DNA from: Verrucomicrobiota bacterium | GTDB taxonomy: Bacteria > Chlamydiota > Chlamydiia > Chlamydiales > SM23-39 | Reading direction: 5' to 3' | DNA length: 64,000 nt | NCBI GenBank assembly: GCA_028873375.1 | Contig: JAGWKU010000001.1 | Location: 11,763 to 75,762, forward strand | In this document: positions 45,938 through 55,016 of the stretch, one piece after another | Layout of the letters: every line of letters starts with the position of its first letter | How positions within the stretch are numbered: position 1 is the stretch's first letter | Position numbers and translations under genes: made by a program | The notes under the pieces: model-generated | What the model was told of the DNA's origin: nothing | The model's input: only the letters and a program-made list of their open reading frames with translations | Databases searched by the model: none

Positions 45938-47320
45938 TCATTCTCTATTTCTTGACGAGAACTGGCTGCGAGTTTCCCAGTTAGCAAATCGTTTTTGCCC
46001 GGGGCCTTTCGTAATTTGTGTCGGTTCTCTTTGGTTTAAATTGATGAGAAAAAGTTGTCCTTCCTCTTCGTCATCCGTATTAAATACTAAGTGGAGGCTG
46101 TCGGGAGCCCATGCAGGGTTTTCTTTGTTTCCAGGTCCGGAAGTAAGCGGAATTTCTTCCTCTGTTTCAAAGTCGTAAATCCAAATCTGTCGCACGCCAT
46201 CGACTTTTGCGCTATAAGCGAGTTTTTTCCCGTCGGGAGACCACGCGGGAGATGTGTTTTCTCGATTTTTTCGAGTGAGTAGAAATGGATGGATGCGTTT
46301 AGTGTCTTTGGATGTAGTGACATCGATGAGATAGATGCGAGGAGGGCCATCTTTGTCCGATACAAAGGCGATTTTCTTGCCATTAGGGCTAAAGGTGGGA
46401 GAGGCTTGCGTTGCACGAGGGCAAGAATAGAGTTGTCTTGATTTGCCAAGAGGACGGCCATTTGGGTCAAATGTTTGTACAAAGAGATCGGGGCGGCCAG
46501 CTGCATCGGCAATGAAGGCCATTTGAGAGCCTTTTAAATTGATGGCGGGAAGAAGTTGATTGCCTCTCAATTCGATCACGCTCTCGGGTTCTCCATTTTT
46601 CAGAGATGTTCGGTAAATCTTCGATTGGCCTTGCTTGTAGGAGACAAAAAAGAAAGGAGGGTCGTTTAAACCCGCAGTGCTAGGATAGAAGGCAGGAGTG
46701 ATGCAATAGGCATTTTCAAAGGTGGCTTGTTTCGAGTTTGCGCCATCTGCATCGCTGATCCAAATGTCTGATAGCCAAGTTGATTCTGTATTTTTGATCC
46801 GTTGCGAGTAGATGATTCGAAGAGAGGCGATACCCTCTTCGCCGAATAGATCTTTGTGCAACTGGTCGGCTAATTTGTGGAGCTGCTTTCGATCTTCTTC
46901 CAATTTGCCGGTGATTAGGCATTCGGGATAGCGTTTGGAAGTTTCTTGATCGGTGTTGAAGGCAGTGAGTTGGAGAGCATTTTTTTGGATGCAAAGAGTG
47001 AGGACATACGGAACTTTCTGTTGTTTCCAGTGAGTGAGGTTGAATTCTCTGCGCGTATCTGGCCATTGGAATGTTTGCTCTGATTCTTCTCGTATATCGA
47101 GGACAGTGGCAAAGCCTCCTCTTTTCAGATCGAATTCGAGAATCGAGCGGAGTTCATCGAAATAACGCCAGTCGAATTGATTGGGATCTGTAGAGATGCG
47201 AGAGATATAGATGGGCGTTAAAGAAGAGGTCGTTTTAAGGAGAACCTCCATTTCTTGAGAGATTCCGATGGCGGCCCAGAGAAGAAGAAACCAAATTTTA
47301 TAACGCATTTTTAAATACAA
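45938..47320 (-). CDS. tolB: Tol-Pal system beta-propeller protein
   Basis: Signal-peptide-like start; TolB repeats (ASPTFSPNGKKIAFVSDKDGPPRIYLID, TSPAWSPDGKKLAY). Confidence 0.9.
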   Translation of the reverse strand: MYLKMRYKIWFLLLWAAIGISQEMEVLLKTTSSLTPIYISRISTDPNQFDWRYFDELRSILEFDLKRGGFATVLDIREESEQTFQWPDTRREFNLTHWKQQKVPYVLTLCIQKNALQLTAFNTDQETSKRYPECLITGKLEEDRKQLHKLADQLHKDLFGEEGIASLRIIYSQRIKNTESTWLSDIWISDADGANSKQATFENAYCITPAFYPSTAGLNDPPFFFVSYKQGQSKIYRTSLKNGEPESVIELRGNQLLPAINLKGSQMAFIADAAGRPDLFVQTFDPNGRPLGKSRQLYSCPRATQASPTFSPNGKKIAFVSDKDGPPRIYLIDVTTSKDTKRIHPFLLTRKNRENTSPAWSPDGKKLAYSAKVDGVRQIWIYDFETEEEIPLTSGPGNKENPAWAPDSLHLVFNTDDEEEGQLFLINLNQREPTQITKGPGQKRFANWETRSQFSSRNRE

Positions 47321-47945
47321 CGCTCAGTGAAGCACTTTTATTTAAGCACGGAAACTGTAGCTCAGGCAACCGCTTTTTTAAAAACTCTTCATTTTTTTCG
47401 TTTTTCGTCTCGAGAATTTCTAAACTGGCGACATGCCCTGCTGTATCGATGGTTAATCGAACTTTCACTTCCCCATATTCTGGGAGTTCTAAAGCATTTT
47501 GCAAAAAGAGAGCGATCGAATCAAAGTCAGTTTCTTTTTCTTCTTCATGAGGCGTGTTGAATTGAATGGTAGGAACCGCGATCGCTGATTTGGTGGAAGG
47601 GACGGGAGTGGATAGTGATTCGAGATTTTTAGTGATCTCTTGCAGTAAAGCATCAGAGGGAGGAGAAACAACAGGCGCGACTTTTTTGGGAACCGCTTTT
47701 GGAATTGCCTTGGTTGGTTGAGAAGTTGTCTTTTTAGGGGCTGGCTTTACAAGAGAAGAGGATTGGATTGCAACCGGTTGAGGAGAAGGGGCGCGGAAGG
47801 TGCGGACGGCAATAGGGCGACGGCGTGGGAGAGGGCGATCGATCCAATAATTTCCGAGCATGAGGATGACGAGAAGGGCATGGGCGCAAAGGACACCCAG
47901 TGTAATTTGTTTTCCGCGAGTAAGTGATCGAAAGGAAAAGCTCAT
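47298..47945 (-). CDS. TolA/TonB-like energy transducer
   Basis: N-terminal TM, Pro/Lys-rich spacer, C-terminal TonB-like GEVKVRLTIDTAGHVASLEILETKN; between tolR- and tolB-like genes. Confidence 0.75.
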   Translation of the reverse strand: MSFSFRSLTRGKQITLGVLCAHALLVILMLGNYWIDRPLPRRRPIAVRTFRAPSPQPVAIQSSSLVKPAPKKTTSQPTKAIPKAVPKKVAPVVSPPSDALLQEITKNLESLSTPVPSTKSAIAVPTIQFNTPHEEEKETDFDSIALFLQNALELPEYGEVKVRLTIDTAGHVASLEILETKNEKNEEFLKKRLPELQFPCLNKSASLSVVFKNAL

Positions 47946-48367
47946 TCGTTTGGTTTTAACACAATGTCCATTTGCTCAAAACCGCATTGTTCGAGCACGT
48001 TTTTCACCGATTGGTAGGTACCAAAAGAAGCATTTCGGTCGTGAAGGACTTGGGGCGAGCGATGAGGGTATTGTTTTTTCTGTGCGAGAAGGATTCGCTC
48101 TAGTTCTTGCAAAGAGAGTTTTTTCCCACCCATCCAAATTGTGTTGTCGCCTTTAACGACGATGGAAAGTGGAGAATTTTCAAAGGCAGAATCTTTTTTC
48201 TTTTCGGTGCCCGCAGTGGCGAGGTTGACGACGTCGATATCGAGTACGGGAGCGATCAACATAAAAGAGATAAGGACGACAAAAACGACATCGATAAGTG
48301 GAGTCAAATTGACAAGAGGCTCTTCGGAGGTGTCTTCTTCAAAAGAAGCGCGACGCCAGCGCATCAC
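47942..48367 (-). CDS. ExbD/TolR family protein
   Basis: VNLTPLIDVVFVVLISFMLIAPV motif. Confidence 0.9.
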   Translation of the reverse strand: MMRWRRASFEEDTSEEPLVNLTPLIDVVFVVLISFMLIAPVLDIDVVNLATAGTEKKKDSAFENSPLSIVVKGDNTIWMGGKKLSLQELERILLAQKKQYPHRSPQVLHDRNASFGTYQSVKNVLEQCGFEQMDIVLKPNE

Positions 48368-49071
48368 AAGCCTCGGCGATATTGAATCTCTATCGCAGCG
48401 AGAAGAGCGTGGGAGAATTCTTCCATGTCCCGTCTCGTTTCTCGGCCGGTGTTTTTTAAGTAGCTATGTCCAACGAGAGCTGGGATGGCGATGAGCAATC
48501 CGAGAACGGTCGTTGCTAGAGCCATCGAAAGACCGGAGAGCATTGCGGCATTGTTCGTGTGAAATCCCGAAGGGAGTTGTGAAAAAGTCAGAAGAATTCC
48601 CCATACTGTTCCGAGCAAGCCGAGAAAAGGAGCTAATGTGACGATCATCGAAAGGACGAATAAATGTTTTTCTAATTTCTTCACGGCGGATGACATAGCG
48701 GTCATGACTTGCGATTCAATGAGTTCTAGGTCGGGCTCAGAAAGGCCTGCTTCTGGTGAGCGGCGGCTGATGAGCTGCAGCGCTTGTTGTTTGACGGCGC
48801 GGTAGATTTCAAAGAGAGGATGAGGCCATTCACCGATACGGCTAATCACGGGGCGACTAAAGTGCAAGTTGAGCGGATCTTCTTTTTTTTCAGAAAAGAG
48901 TTCGGAAAATTCAGCCGTGAGTCGTTTTACGGACCAAAATTGCCAGCCTTTGTATAAAAGGACGATCCAGCACAGTACCGAGAGTAAGAAGAGAGACCAA
49001 AAGATCCCCTTTCCAAACCAATCGGATTGAACATAAGCTGAAATGAATGGATTTGATGCTAACATAGACAT
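48364..49071 (-). CDS. ExbB/TolQ family proton channel protein
   Basis: APFLGLLGTVWGILLTF...LSMALATTVLGLLIAIPALVGHSYL. Confidence 0.92.
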   Translation of the reverse strand: MSMLASNPFISAYVQSDWFGKGIFWSLFLLSVLCWIVLLYKGWQFWSVKRLTAEFSELFSEKKEDPLNLHFSRPVISRIGEWPHPLFEIYRAVKQQALQLISRRSPEAGLSEPDLELIESQVMTAMSSAVKKLEKHLFVLSMIVTLAPFLGLLGTVWGILLTFSQLPSGFHTNNAAMLSGLSMALATTVLGLLIAIPALVGHSYLKNTGRETRRDMEEFSHALLAAIEIQYRRGL

Positions 49072-49165
49072 ATTCCATCAAAAGGAATAGTCTAAATGGA
49101 AGCAAAAAGTCAAGGTGGCTTTCACTTTTGTGTTGCATAAGTTTAGAAGTCAGCGATTTATGTGT

Positions 49166-49186
49166 AATGTAAAGCTGCTTTACATT
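49166..49186. repeat. palindrome AATGTAAAGC-T-GCTTTACATT in the divergent tolQ/tatD intergenic region
   Basis: Perfect palindrome 10 nt upstream of the tatD start. Confidence 0.95.
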
Positions 49187-49196
49187 TGAGAAAAAT

Positions 49197-49961
49197 ATGT
49201 ACTGCGATTCGCATGCTCACCTAACCTCTCCTGAAGTATTACCGGAAGTGGATGCCATTCTCGAGCGAGCAAAAGCTGCGCGTGTAGATTGGATTGTCAA
49301 TATTTGCACTGATCAGAAGAGCTTGGAAGAGGGATTGAAGCTGGGGGAAAAATATCGGTGGGTTGTGAATACGGGAGCAACTACTCCGCACGATGTTGAC
49401 AGAGATGGCGAGCGAGATTTCCCGGCGTTTGAAGCGGCAGCTTCTCGTTTGGTTGCCATTGGCGAAACTGGCCTCGACTATCATTATCAACATTCAGAGC
49501 GGACGACGCAGCGAAAATTTCTCATTCGCTATTTGCAATTAGCGGCGAAAATTAAAAAGCCTGTGATTTTTCATTGTCGCGAAGCGTTTGATGATTTGTT
49601 TTCGATCGCAGATGCCGAATATCCGAAGGGAGCGCCAGCTATTTTGCATTGCTTTACCGGGACGATAAAAGAGGCAGAGGGAGTTTGGAAGCGAGGGTGG
49701 GCTCTTTCGTTGAGCGGGATTGTCACTTTTAAAAAAAGCGAAGAGCTTCGCTTAGTTGCGAAAGAAGCGCCGCTCGAGCAACTCTTGATTGAAACAGACA
49801 CTCCTTATCTCGCTCCGCAAAGCAGACGGGGAAAACCGAACGAACCTTCTTATATTATCGAGACAGCTGCCTGCATTGCTGCAGCGCGAAATGTTCCAGT
49901 GGCTGAAGTAGCGGCTGCCACGCGAATCAATGCTCTGCGGCTTTTTCAATTGTCAAATTGA
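49197..49961 (+). CDS. tatD: TatD family hydrolase/DNase
   Basis: YCDSHAHLTSPEV, AIGETGLDYHY, PVIFHCREA, LIETDTPYLAPQSRRGKPNEPSYI. Confidence 0.93.
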   Translation: MYCDSHAHLTSPEVLPEVDAILERAKAARVDWIVNICTDQKSLEEGLKLGEKYRWVVNTGATTPHDVDRDGERDFPAFEAAASRLVAIGETGLDYHYQHSERTTQRKFLIRYLQLAAKIKKPVIFHCREAFDDLFSIADAEYPKGAPAILHCFTGTIKEAEGVWKRGWALSLSGIVTFKKSEELRLVAKEAPLEQLLIETDTPYLAPQSRRGKPNEPSYIIETAACIAAARNVPVAEVAAATRINALRLFQLSN

Positions 49962-49985
49962 TCGATTTCCTTTAAAAAAAGTCTT

Positions 49986-50774
49986 ATGCAACCTGCAGAA
50001 GCTCGCATTTCTAGCGCCTTTATTTGGCGGCGCGTCCATTCGTTGATGGGACTTTGGCTCGTCTTATATTTAGCAGAGCACTTGCTCGTCAATTCGCAAG
50101 CGGCGCTTTGGCTCGGTGAATGGGGACATGTTTTTATCCAAATGGTCAATTCACTGGAGTCTATCCCCTATTTGCCGGTGGTGGAAACAGTGTTGATCGG
50201 AGTGCCGTTGGTGATTCATGGAGTGTGGGGCATTCATCGCGCGTTGACAGCTAAACTTAATTCTTCGAAATCGGATGGAACAGCACCTTCTCTTCCGTAT
50301 GGACGCAATCGAGCTTTTACATGGCAGCGGCTCACTTCGTGGATTCTTCTGTTCGGCATCCTTGGGCATGTGATTCAAATGCGATTTCTCGAGCAGCCAA
50401 AGAAGGTCAATGAGCAATGGGTTGTCCAGGTGAGTGCAGATGAAAGACTTCCTCCTCTCGCTGAGAAATTGGGTGTCCAATTAGTTTCGGAAGGAAGGGT
50501 TGTCCATGCGACGGCGAATTCTCCGGGGGCGGCAATGCTTCTTGTAGTGAGAGACACATTTAAATCTCCTCTTATGATTGTTCTTTATACGATTTTTCTT
50601 TTGGCGGCCGCCTTTCATGCCTTCAATGGATTTTGGACCTTTTTGATCACATGGGGAATTATCTTATCGGCTCGTTCGCAGCGGGCAATGATTCCATTGA
50701 GCATTGTAGGAATGGGGCTTTTGACCTTTTTAGGGTTAGCAGCAATCTGGGGTAGCTATTGGCTAGTGAAATGA
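49986..50774 (+). CDS. sdhC: Succinate dehydrogenase cytochrome b subunit
   Basis: FIWRRVHSLMGLWLVLYLAEHLLVNS; several TM; directly upstream of sdhA. Confidence 0.88.
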   Translation: MQPAEARISSAFIWRRVHSLMGLWLVLYLAEHLLVNSQAALWLGEWGHVFIQMVNSLESIPYLPVVETVLIGVPLVIHGVWGIHRALTAKLNSSKSDGTAPSLPYGRNRAFTWQRLTSWILLFGILGHVIQMRFLEQPKKVNEQWVVQVSADERLPPLAEKLGVQLVSEGRVVHATANSPGAAMLLVVRDTFKSPLMIVLYTIFLLAAAFHAFNGFWTFLITWGIILSARSQRAMIPLSIVGMGLLTFLGLAAIWGSYWLVK

Positions 50775-52648
50775 AAAAACAGGTGATTGTCGTCGGCGGA
50801 GGATTAGCAGGGTTGTCCGCTACGATGAAGCTGGCCGAGAAGGGATGTCAGGTAAAACTCGTCTCTCTGACGAAAGTGCGCAGGTCTCATTCGGTTTGCG
50901 CCCAGGGGGGAATCAATGTCGCTGTAAATCTCAAAGGTGAAGACGATTCTCCGTTGATTCACGCTTATGACACGATTAAAGGAGGCGATTTCCTTGGAAA
51001 TCAGCCGCCGATTTTAGAGATGTGCATGGCGGGCCCTGCCATTTTGCGGATGCTTGATCGGATCGGCTGTCCGTTCAATCGGACGATGGAAGGAAACATC
51101 GATTTTCGCCGTTTTGGCGGGACGCTGTATCATCGGACGGCGTTTTGTGGCGCATCGACGGGGCAACAGCTCCTTTATTCTCTCGATGAGCAAGTGCGTC
51201 GCTATGAAGCGCAGGGAATTGTAGAGAAATTTGAAAACCATGAATTTTTGCGCTTGATTCTCGACGAGGAAGGGGTTGCTCGAGGAATTGTGATGCACGA
51301 TCTTTACAACTTGCAATTGAGCGTGCTAAAAGCCGATGCGGTAGTCATTGCAACGGGTGGTCTTGGCGTCATTTACAAGAAGTCGACAATGTCGACGTTT
51401 TGTACGGGAGCTGCGAATGGACGTCTCTTTATGCAGGGAATGAAATATGCGAATGGCGAATTCATTCAAATTCATCCGACGGCTGTCCCTGGCAATGACA
51501 AGATGCGACTCATTTCCGAGTCGTCCCGTGGGGAAGGGGGACGTATTTGGGTGCACGGCAACTCTTCGAAACAGATCCAATTTCCCGATGGTTCCATGCG
51601 CTCTTGCGGGAAGACGGGAGAGCCGTGGTATTTCCTTGAAGAGATGTATCCAGCGTTTGGCAATTTAGTCCCTCGCGATATTGGCGCAAGGGAAGTGCTC
51701 CGCGTCTGTGAAATGGGAATGGGCGTCGAAGAAAAGATGCAGGTTTATCTCGACGTAACCCATCTGTCCCCAGAGTCGCAGCATAAACTGGATGCAGTGC
51801 TAGACATCTATCAAAAATTCACAGGCGATGATCCTCGCAAAAAACCGATGAAAATTTTCCCAGCGGTTCACTATTCGATGGGAGGAGCGTGGGTTGATTG
51901 GCCTGCAGCAGATGATCCCGATCGGATGACTCGCTTTCGGCATATGACCAATCTGAAAGGGTGTTTCAATGTGGGAGAGTCGGATTATCTCTATCATGGA
52001 GCCAATCGACTCGGGGCGAATTCTCTTTTGTCGTGCATTTTTGGCGGGTTGGTCACTGGCGTAGAAGTGCCGCGGTACCTCTCTTCGTTGTCGAAAAGTT
52101 GTGGGAATCTCCCGGAATCGGTGTTTGCGCAAGCGCTACGGCAGGAAGAAGAGCAACAGAGGGAACTTCTCCAGAGGAACGGGTCTGAAAATATCCATCA
52201 GCTCCACGATGAAATGGCCGATTGGATGGTGCAACATGTGAGCGTCAAGAGAGATAATCCGGGGCTGACCAAAACGATTGAAAAGTTGAAGGAGTTGAGA
52301 GAGCGGTGTCGGAGAATTACGCTTGACGATAGAGGCCACATTCTCAATCAAACGTATGTGTTTGCCAAACAGTTTGGCCCGATGCTGGAACTCGCCCTGG
52401 TGATTGCGAAGGGGGCGTTGCTTCGCAATGAATTTCGGGGAGCCCATTTTAAACCGGAATTTCCTGAGCGAAATGATGAAGAGTGGCTTAAAGCCACGAT
52501 CGCGACATATGATCCGAAAGAGCCGCAAATTTCGTATGAACCAATTGACATTCGACATCTCGACCCCATAAAGAGAGATTATACGCAGGCGAAAAAGGTA
52601 AAGCCCACTTTGAAAAACGTGCCCACTAACATCCAGCTCCCCCTATGA
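50771..52648 (+). CDS. sdhA: Succinate dehydrogenase flavoprotein subunit
   Basis: FAD motif VVVGGGLAGLSATMKLAE, HSVCAQGGINVAVN, ANRLGANSLLSCIFGG; true start ATG 50771. Confidence 0.95.
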   Translation: MKKQVIVVGGGLAGLSATMKLAEKGCQVKLVSLTKVRRSHSVCAQGGINVAVNLKGEDDSPLIHAYDTIKGGDFLGNQPPILEMCMAGPAILRMLDRIGCPFNRTMEGNIDFRRFGGTLYHRTAFCGASTGQQLLYSLDEQVRRYEAQGIVEKFENHEFLRLILDEEGVARGIVMHDLYNLQLSVLKADAVVIATGGLGVIYKKSTMSTFCTGAANGRLFMQGMKYANGEFIQIHPTAVPGNDKMRLISESSRGEGGRIWVHGNSSKQIQFPDGSMRSCGKTGEPWYFLEEMYPAFGNLVPRDIGAREVLRVCEMGMGVEEKMQVYLDVTHLSPESQHKLDAVLDIYQKFTGDDPRKKPMKIFPAVHYSMGGAWVDWPAADDPDRMTRFRHMTNLKGCFNVGESDYLYHGANRLGANSLLSCIFGGLVTGVEVPRYLSSLSKSCGNLPESVFAQALRQEEEQQRELLQRNGSENIHQLHDEMADWMVQHVSVKRDNPGLTKTIEKLKELRERCRRITLDDRGHILNQTYVFAKQFGPMLELALVIAKGALLRNEFRGAHFKPEFPERNDEEWLKATIATYDPKEPQISYEPIDIRHLDPIKRDYTQAKKVKPTLKNVPTNIQLPL

Positions 52649-53418
52649 ACCAGACATTTGTCCTTCACGTCTATCGCGGCATGCCGGGGAAACAGTACTG
52701 GGAAGATTTTGAATTGGAGATGTACCCTGGCATCAATGTGATTTCTGCATTGATGGATATTCAAAAAAAGCCCATCAATCGCGAAGGGAAAAAGACGACG
52801 CCGGTAGCTTGGGAACAGGGATGTCTGGAAGAGGTGTGTGGCTCATGCTCTATGTTGATCAATGGAAAGCCGCGGCAATCGTGCACCGCCTTGATTGAGC
52901 GTTTGATCGCTGACACGGGCTCGAGAACGGTTACTTTAGCCCCCTTTTCAAAATTTCCGTTAGTGCGAGATCTGGTTGTCGACCGGACGAAAATGTTTGA
53001 GGCGCTAAAAAAAGTGAGAGCCTGGGCTTCGGTCGATGGGACGTGGGATTCAAAGGAAAAAGGGCCGAAAGAGAGTCCGGAAGTGCAAGAGGCCCTCTAT
53101 ATATTATCGACCTGTATGACATGCGGCTGTTGTAGCGAAAGCTGTCCTCAGGTCAATGAGAGCTCCCCTTTCATGGGACCGGCAGCGATGTCTCAAATGC
53201 GGCTCTTCAATTCAAGTCCAGCAGGAGCTCTTGAAAAGCCAGAACGGCTAAGGGTTGCTTTGACAGAGGAAGGGGTTGCAGGGTGTGGCAATGCGCAAAA
53301 CTGCGTAAAAGTATGTCCTAAAAAAATTCCTCTCACCGAATCTCTAGCCTTGATTGGCCGCGAAGCGACAAAGCAGGCCCTTCGCGATTTCTTTAGCCTC
53401 CCAGATGCTCAAAAATAA
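52645..53418 (+). CDS. sdhB: Succinate dehydrogenase iron-sulfur subunit
   Basis: Cysteine clusters CLEEVCGSCSMLINGKPRQSC, CMTCGCCSESCP, CGNAQNCVKVCP. Confidence 0.95.
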   Translation: MNQTFVLHVYRGMPGKQYWEDFELEMYPGINVISALMDIQKKPINREGKKTTPVAWEQGCLEEVCGSCSMLINGKPRQSCTALIERLIADTGSRTVTLAPFSKFPLVRDLVVDRTKMFEALKKVRAWASVDGTWDSKEKGPKESPEVQEALYILSTCMTCGCCSESCPQVNESSPFMGPAAMSQMRLFNSSPAGALEKPERLRVALTEEGVAGCGNAQNCVKVCPKKIPLTESLALIGREATKQALRDFFSLPDAQK

Positions 53419-53454
53419 TTTTTGTTTTTCAATAAATTCGCAGGAGATGTACAG

Positions 53455-53630
53455 TGTTTCCACTCTGCTGTTTGGGATACTCTGGATACTGTATGCCCTT
53501 CAACGATAATCAATCCGTTTAGGGTCCCGACGCCAGGCTAAAGCCCGCGTGCTTTCCCTGGGAAGCGACCCGACTTATATAGAAACGGTTGACCGAGCTT
53601 GGTTCAGACCCCTCTCGGCGGAGTTTTTTT
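53455..53630 (+). ncRNA. Structured RNA candidate with 6S-RNA-like rod architecture and terminal T-run
   Basis: Closing stem ACTCTGCTG (53462-53470)/CGGCGGAGT (53616-53624); inner CCGTTT/AAACGG, GGGTC/GACCC, CCAGG/CCTGG, AAAGC/GCTTT; T7 at 53624-53630. Confidence 0.5.
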
Positions 53631-53642
53631 CAGGTTTTATCC

Positions 53643-55016
53643 ATGACAAAGAAGATTCCTTTTTTCTCGTTGATCATCCTCATCATTGCGGCGATTGACA
53701 ACATCCGAAATCTCCCAGCGACAGCGCTGTTTGGCTCTTCACTGGTTTTCTTTTTTGTTCTGTCGGCGATCGTATTTTTGATTCCAATCTCGTTGATGTC
53801 AGCGGAACTTTCGGCGGCATTTCCGGAAAAGGGGGGAGTCTATCAATGGATCAACCGGGCGTTCGGTAAAAAATGGGCCATGGCGGCGATCTGGCTCCAG
53901 TGGATCAATACGATGGTATGGTATCCGACCATTCTCTCTTTTATTGCTGGAACGTTGTCTTATTTGATCGACCCGGCGCTGGCACAAAATAAGGCTTATC
54001 TTTTGTCGGTTATCCTCGTTATTTTCTGGGGATTGACATGGGTCAATTTAAAAGGAATCCACGTCTCTACGATGATCAATAACGTTTGCGCGACGATTGG
54101 TACTGTTGTTCCCATGATTTTCTTGATCGCACTAGGGGCTATGTGGTTCTTCAGTGGGAAGCCGATCCAAGTTTCTTTTACGCGCGATGCGATGATTCCT
54201 TCTTTTACTAATTTGACGAGCTGGAGTTCCTTAATTGCAATCATGGCTTCTTTTTTAGGAATGGAGCTGTCGGGCGTCCATGTGAATGACATCTACGAAC
54301 CGCAAAAGAATTTTCCAAAGGCTGTGTTCTTGGCGAGCTTGTTTATCTTCCTGACTATGCTATTTGGCTCTCTCTCGATTGCTTTTGTCGTGCCGACAAA
54401 TGAGATCAATCTGGTGTCAGGAGTGATGCAAGTATTTACGAGTTTCTTTTATGCATTTGGATTGCAGGCATTGATTCCGTTGTTGACGTTGATGATTGTG
54501 ATTGGTTCGACAGGGACGATGATCAACTGGCTCATTTCACCCGCTAAAGGGTTATTGCATGCGGCTGAATTTGGATTCCTACCTCCTTTTTTCAGTCGGA
54601 AAAACAAAGCAGGGGTAGCTTCGAATATCTTGATTGCTCAAGCGGTGGTTGTAAGTCTCGTCTGTTTGGTTTTCTTATTGGAGCCGACAATCAATGCTTT
54701 CTACTGGTTTTTGACGGCCTTGAGTACAGAGCTTTACATGATCATGTATGTCATGATCTTTTGCGCAGGGGTGCGATTGCATTACAAATATATTGATCGG
54801 CCTTCGACCTTCAAGATCCCAGGCAATGGATGGGGCATGTGGGCTACGGCTCTTCTGGGGTTGGTCGGATGCCTTCTGACCATTATCATCAGCTTTTTGC
54901 CGCCCGATACGATCATTACGACTCCAGGTCGTTATCTATCGATGATTTGCATCGGCAATTTAGTTTCGATTAGCCCGCTCTTTCTCTTCTATTGGTATCA
55001 ACGAAAAACTTCATAA
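53643..55016 (+). CDS. APC-superfamily amino acid permease (glutamate/GABA antiporter-like)
   Basis: 12 TM; FPEKGGVYQWINRAFGKKWAMAAIWLQWINTMVWYP; FLGMELSGVHVNDIYEPQKNFPKA. Start 53643 preferred, because 53589 lies in the RNA element. Confidence 0.85.
   Translation: MTKKIPFFSLIILIIAAIDNIRNLPATALFGSSLVFFFVLSAIVFLIPISLMSAELSAAFPEKGGVYQWINRAFGKKWAMAAIWLQWINTMVWYPTILSFIAGTLSYLIDPALAQNKAYLLSVILVIFWGLTWVNLKGIHVSTMINNVCATIGTVVPMIFLIALGAMWFFSGKPIQVSFTRDAMIPSFTNLTSWSSLIAIMASFLGMELSGVHVNDIYEPQKNFPKAVFLASLFIFLTMLFGSLSIAFVVPTNEINLVSGVMQVFTSFFYAFGLQALIPLLTLMIVIGSTGTMINWLISPAKGLLHAAEFGFLPPFFSRKNKAGVASNILIAQAVVVSLVCLVFLLEPTINAFYWFLTALSTELYMIMYVMIFCAGVRLHYKYIDRPSTFKIPGNGWGMWATALLGLVGCLLTIIISFLPPDTIITTPGRYLSMICIGNLVSISPLFLFYWYQRKTS

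Noticed and set aside
53589-53642. Upstream start of the permease ORF
   Set aside because: The extra 18 aa come from the structured RNA and T-run region; ATG 53643 follows it directly.
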